This document shows positions 62,528 to 64,000 of a DNA stretch of 64,000 nucleotides, piece after piece (positions within the stretch are counted from its first letter, which is position 1; every line of letters starts with the position of its first letter). The notes under the pieces are model-generated. The model saw only the letters and a program-made list of their open reading frames with translations. It did no database searches and had not been told where the DNA came from. Source of the stretch: Eutreptiella sp. 'Long Island Sound 2002' (lineage: Eukaryota; Protista; Euglenida); the NCBI GenBank assembly GCA_964036045.1, contig OZ038378.1, positions 11,656,001-11,720,000 of the forward strand, given 5' to 3'. Both the position numbers and the translations under genes were made by a program.

Positions 62528-62843
62528 CTCTATGGGCCTTGCACAATCTGTGATACCCATAAGCGGCAAAAGCGGTGTTTGCACCGGCCAAGCCAACCCA
62601 CACCAACGCCATGGTGCGCGGCTTGGGGCAAGGCTCTTCAAGGGCACCAATGACATGAAAAAGGGCGCTGGCACCGCCCGCCAAATTGATGGCAGCCGAA
62701 ATCAGGGCAGGAATCGGCGAGGGGCGGTCCGCGGGACAGCAAAGAGTTGAGAAGCCGCTGAAGCATGCGTCCAACGATGTGCTGAGGCAAGTGCAGAGGC
62801 CACGGACGGACGTTCCACAGGCTTCACAGCAGAGAAGAGCCAT
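62528..62843 (-). CDS. Multi-pass membrane protein, exon 1 (Cys-rich N-terminus plus 2 TM)
   Basis: MALLCCEACG...LCCPADRPSP...AAINLAGG...LVWVGLAGANTAFAAYGY. Donor AGAG|GTGCCT joins exon 2 in frame (315 aa). Confidence 0.7.
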
Positions 62844-63774
62844 GCACGAAATCTGTCAAGGGACGTTCAAAAGAGCATGGACCTACGTGGCAGGCACAGA
62901 TGGAGTGTACAAAAAGCAAAGCCCCCAGGACATACATGCTGAATACCGCATGTGGTACTGCAGCAAGGACGGATGCTGCTCATGGTACGGCAGCAAACAT
63001 GCATGCAATGAGACAGACACTGGAGCCAGTGATAGAATTTTGGACACAATCTTCTTTGAGAGTGTAAGAGTGAAAGGCAAGGTTTTGGGGACTGGGGACT
63101 TTGAACTTCAAATGGGGCAGTGCAGTTTGACCACAGTCTGCTCCCTCAGCAACGTTGCACTGTTGGTGTTGTTTGCTGCATAATGCCTCTTCAGGTGTCC
63201 AAACTTGGGCAACAGGGCCAAGATGAAAGTAGTGGACTAGATTTCCTTCCGTGGCTGTTTCCATTCCCCAGGCATATTCCCTGGCATCCTCGGCATGGAC
63301 AGCCTCACTGGAATGACACTGTGCACTCCTCTCATGCTATTCTGGGATTGGATTCATGAAAGGAAAACCGCAGCTACGCTGCACAGGCTTTTCTATTGCA
63401 AAAATTTTCACATTGGCAGGCACGTGGTGGGTTTGGGATCAACACAAACGCCAACAGCTTTATTGCTGCACCTTGGGGGAGTGTTTGCCCGGCGCACACC
63501 CTCCACGCTACTTTTGTTCCAAGCATCCGATTTAGCCCCAGCTTTACCCTACACCCCCCCTCCCTCCTCACGATGTTGTGGCGAACAGGAACATCACAAC
63601 AGGTGCACCACATGATCTCCTTTCAAACACCGAACATCTGGAGTACTTGGCAGCACATTGCGTGGCTGTATGTTTTAGCAATCACCCCCCCCCCCCTCCC
63701 CAATAGTTCAATTTAGTCAAAAATTGTTCATATGCAGGGCTTCTACTATTTCCGTGATTGGCCTGAAAAAACCC

Positions 63775-63864
63775 TTCCGTGATTTTCCGTGATTTTCCGT
63801 GATTTTCCGTGATTTTCCATGATTTTCCGTGGCATTTCCGTGATATTTCCGTGATTTTCTGTGG
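63775..63864 (+). repeat. 10-bp tandem repeat (GATTTTCCGT)n, ~8-9 units
   Basis: Direct reading of the sequence. Confidence 0.93.
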
Positions 63865-64000
63865 TGTCTCCGTGGTACAAAAAAGCTCCTTATGCATCGC
63901 CTTTGCCTCACCTGGACACCCATAAGAGACGAAACAAAGCACAACACATTTGGGGGCGGCCTACTGCCATTTGGCGAACCGTTCTTCAACATCACCATTG

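Noticed and set aside
62686-63183. 165-aa plus-strand ORF
   Set aside because: Overlaps the better-supported minus-strand exon 1 and has no motifs or splice support.

Overview
Eukaryotic, repeat-rich genomic DNA. A euglenid, possibly Eutreptiella-like, is my best guess, based on recalled repeat families, splice style and TTAGGG-like tracts; this is not verified. Three spliced protein-coding genes can be reconstructed by hand. (1) A 10-exon, about 3145-aa IP3-receptor-family Ca2+-release channel (+, 8730-26224). It keeps the suppressor/MIR, RIH, Ca2+-sensor, pore and C2H2 motifs, but appears to have lost nearly all IP3-coordinating basic residues. It also carries an ~270-aa insertion in the ligand-binding beta-trefoil and an ~530-aa C-terminal tail. 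(2) A 2-exon type II membrane glycosyltransferase-like gene (-, 41001-48068). (3) A 2-exon Cys-rich multi-TM protein with a Pro-rich tail (-, 59284-62843). All 11 introns have degenerate donors (mostly GTGY, two GC), and most have AG|G-type repeats across both junctions. The rest of the window holds an RNase H-bearing retroelement end, tRNA-derived convergent/foldback elements, a SINE-like family, a TA-flanked MITE, a ~4.1-kb modular foldback element, decayed retroelement ORFs and many micro/minisatellites. There is no CRISPR array, rRNA or intact tRNA. All alignments were done by eye.
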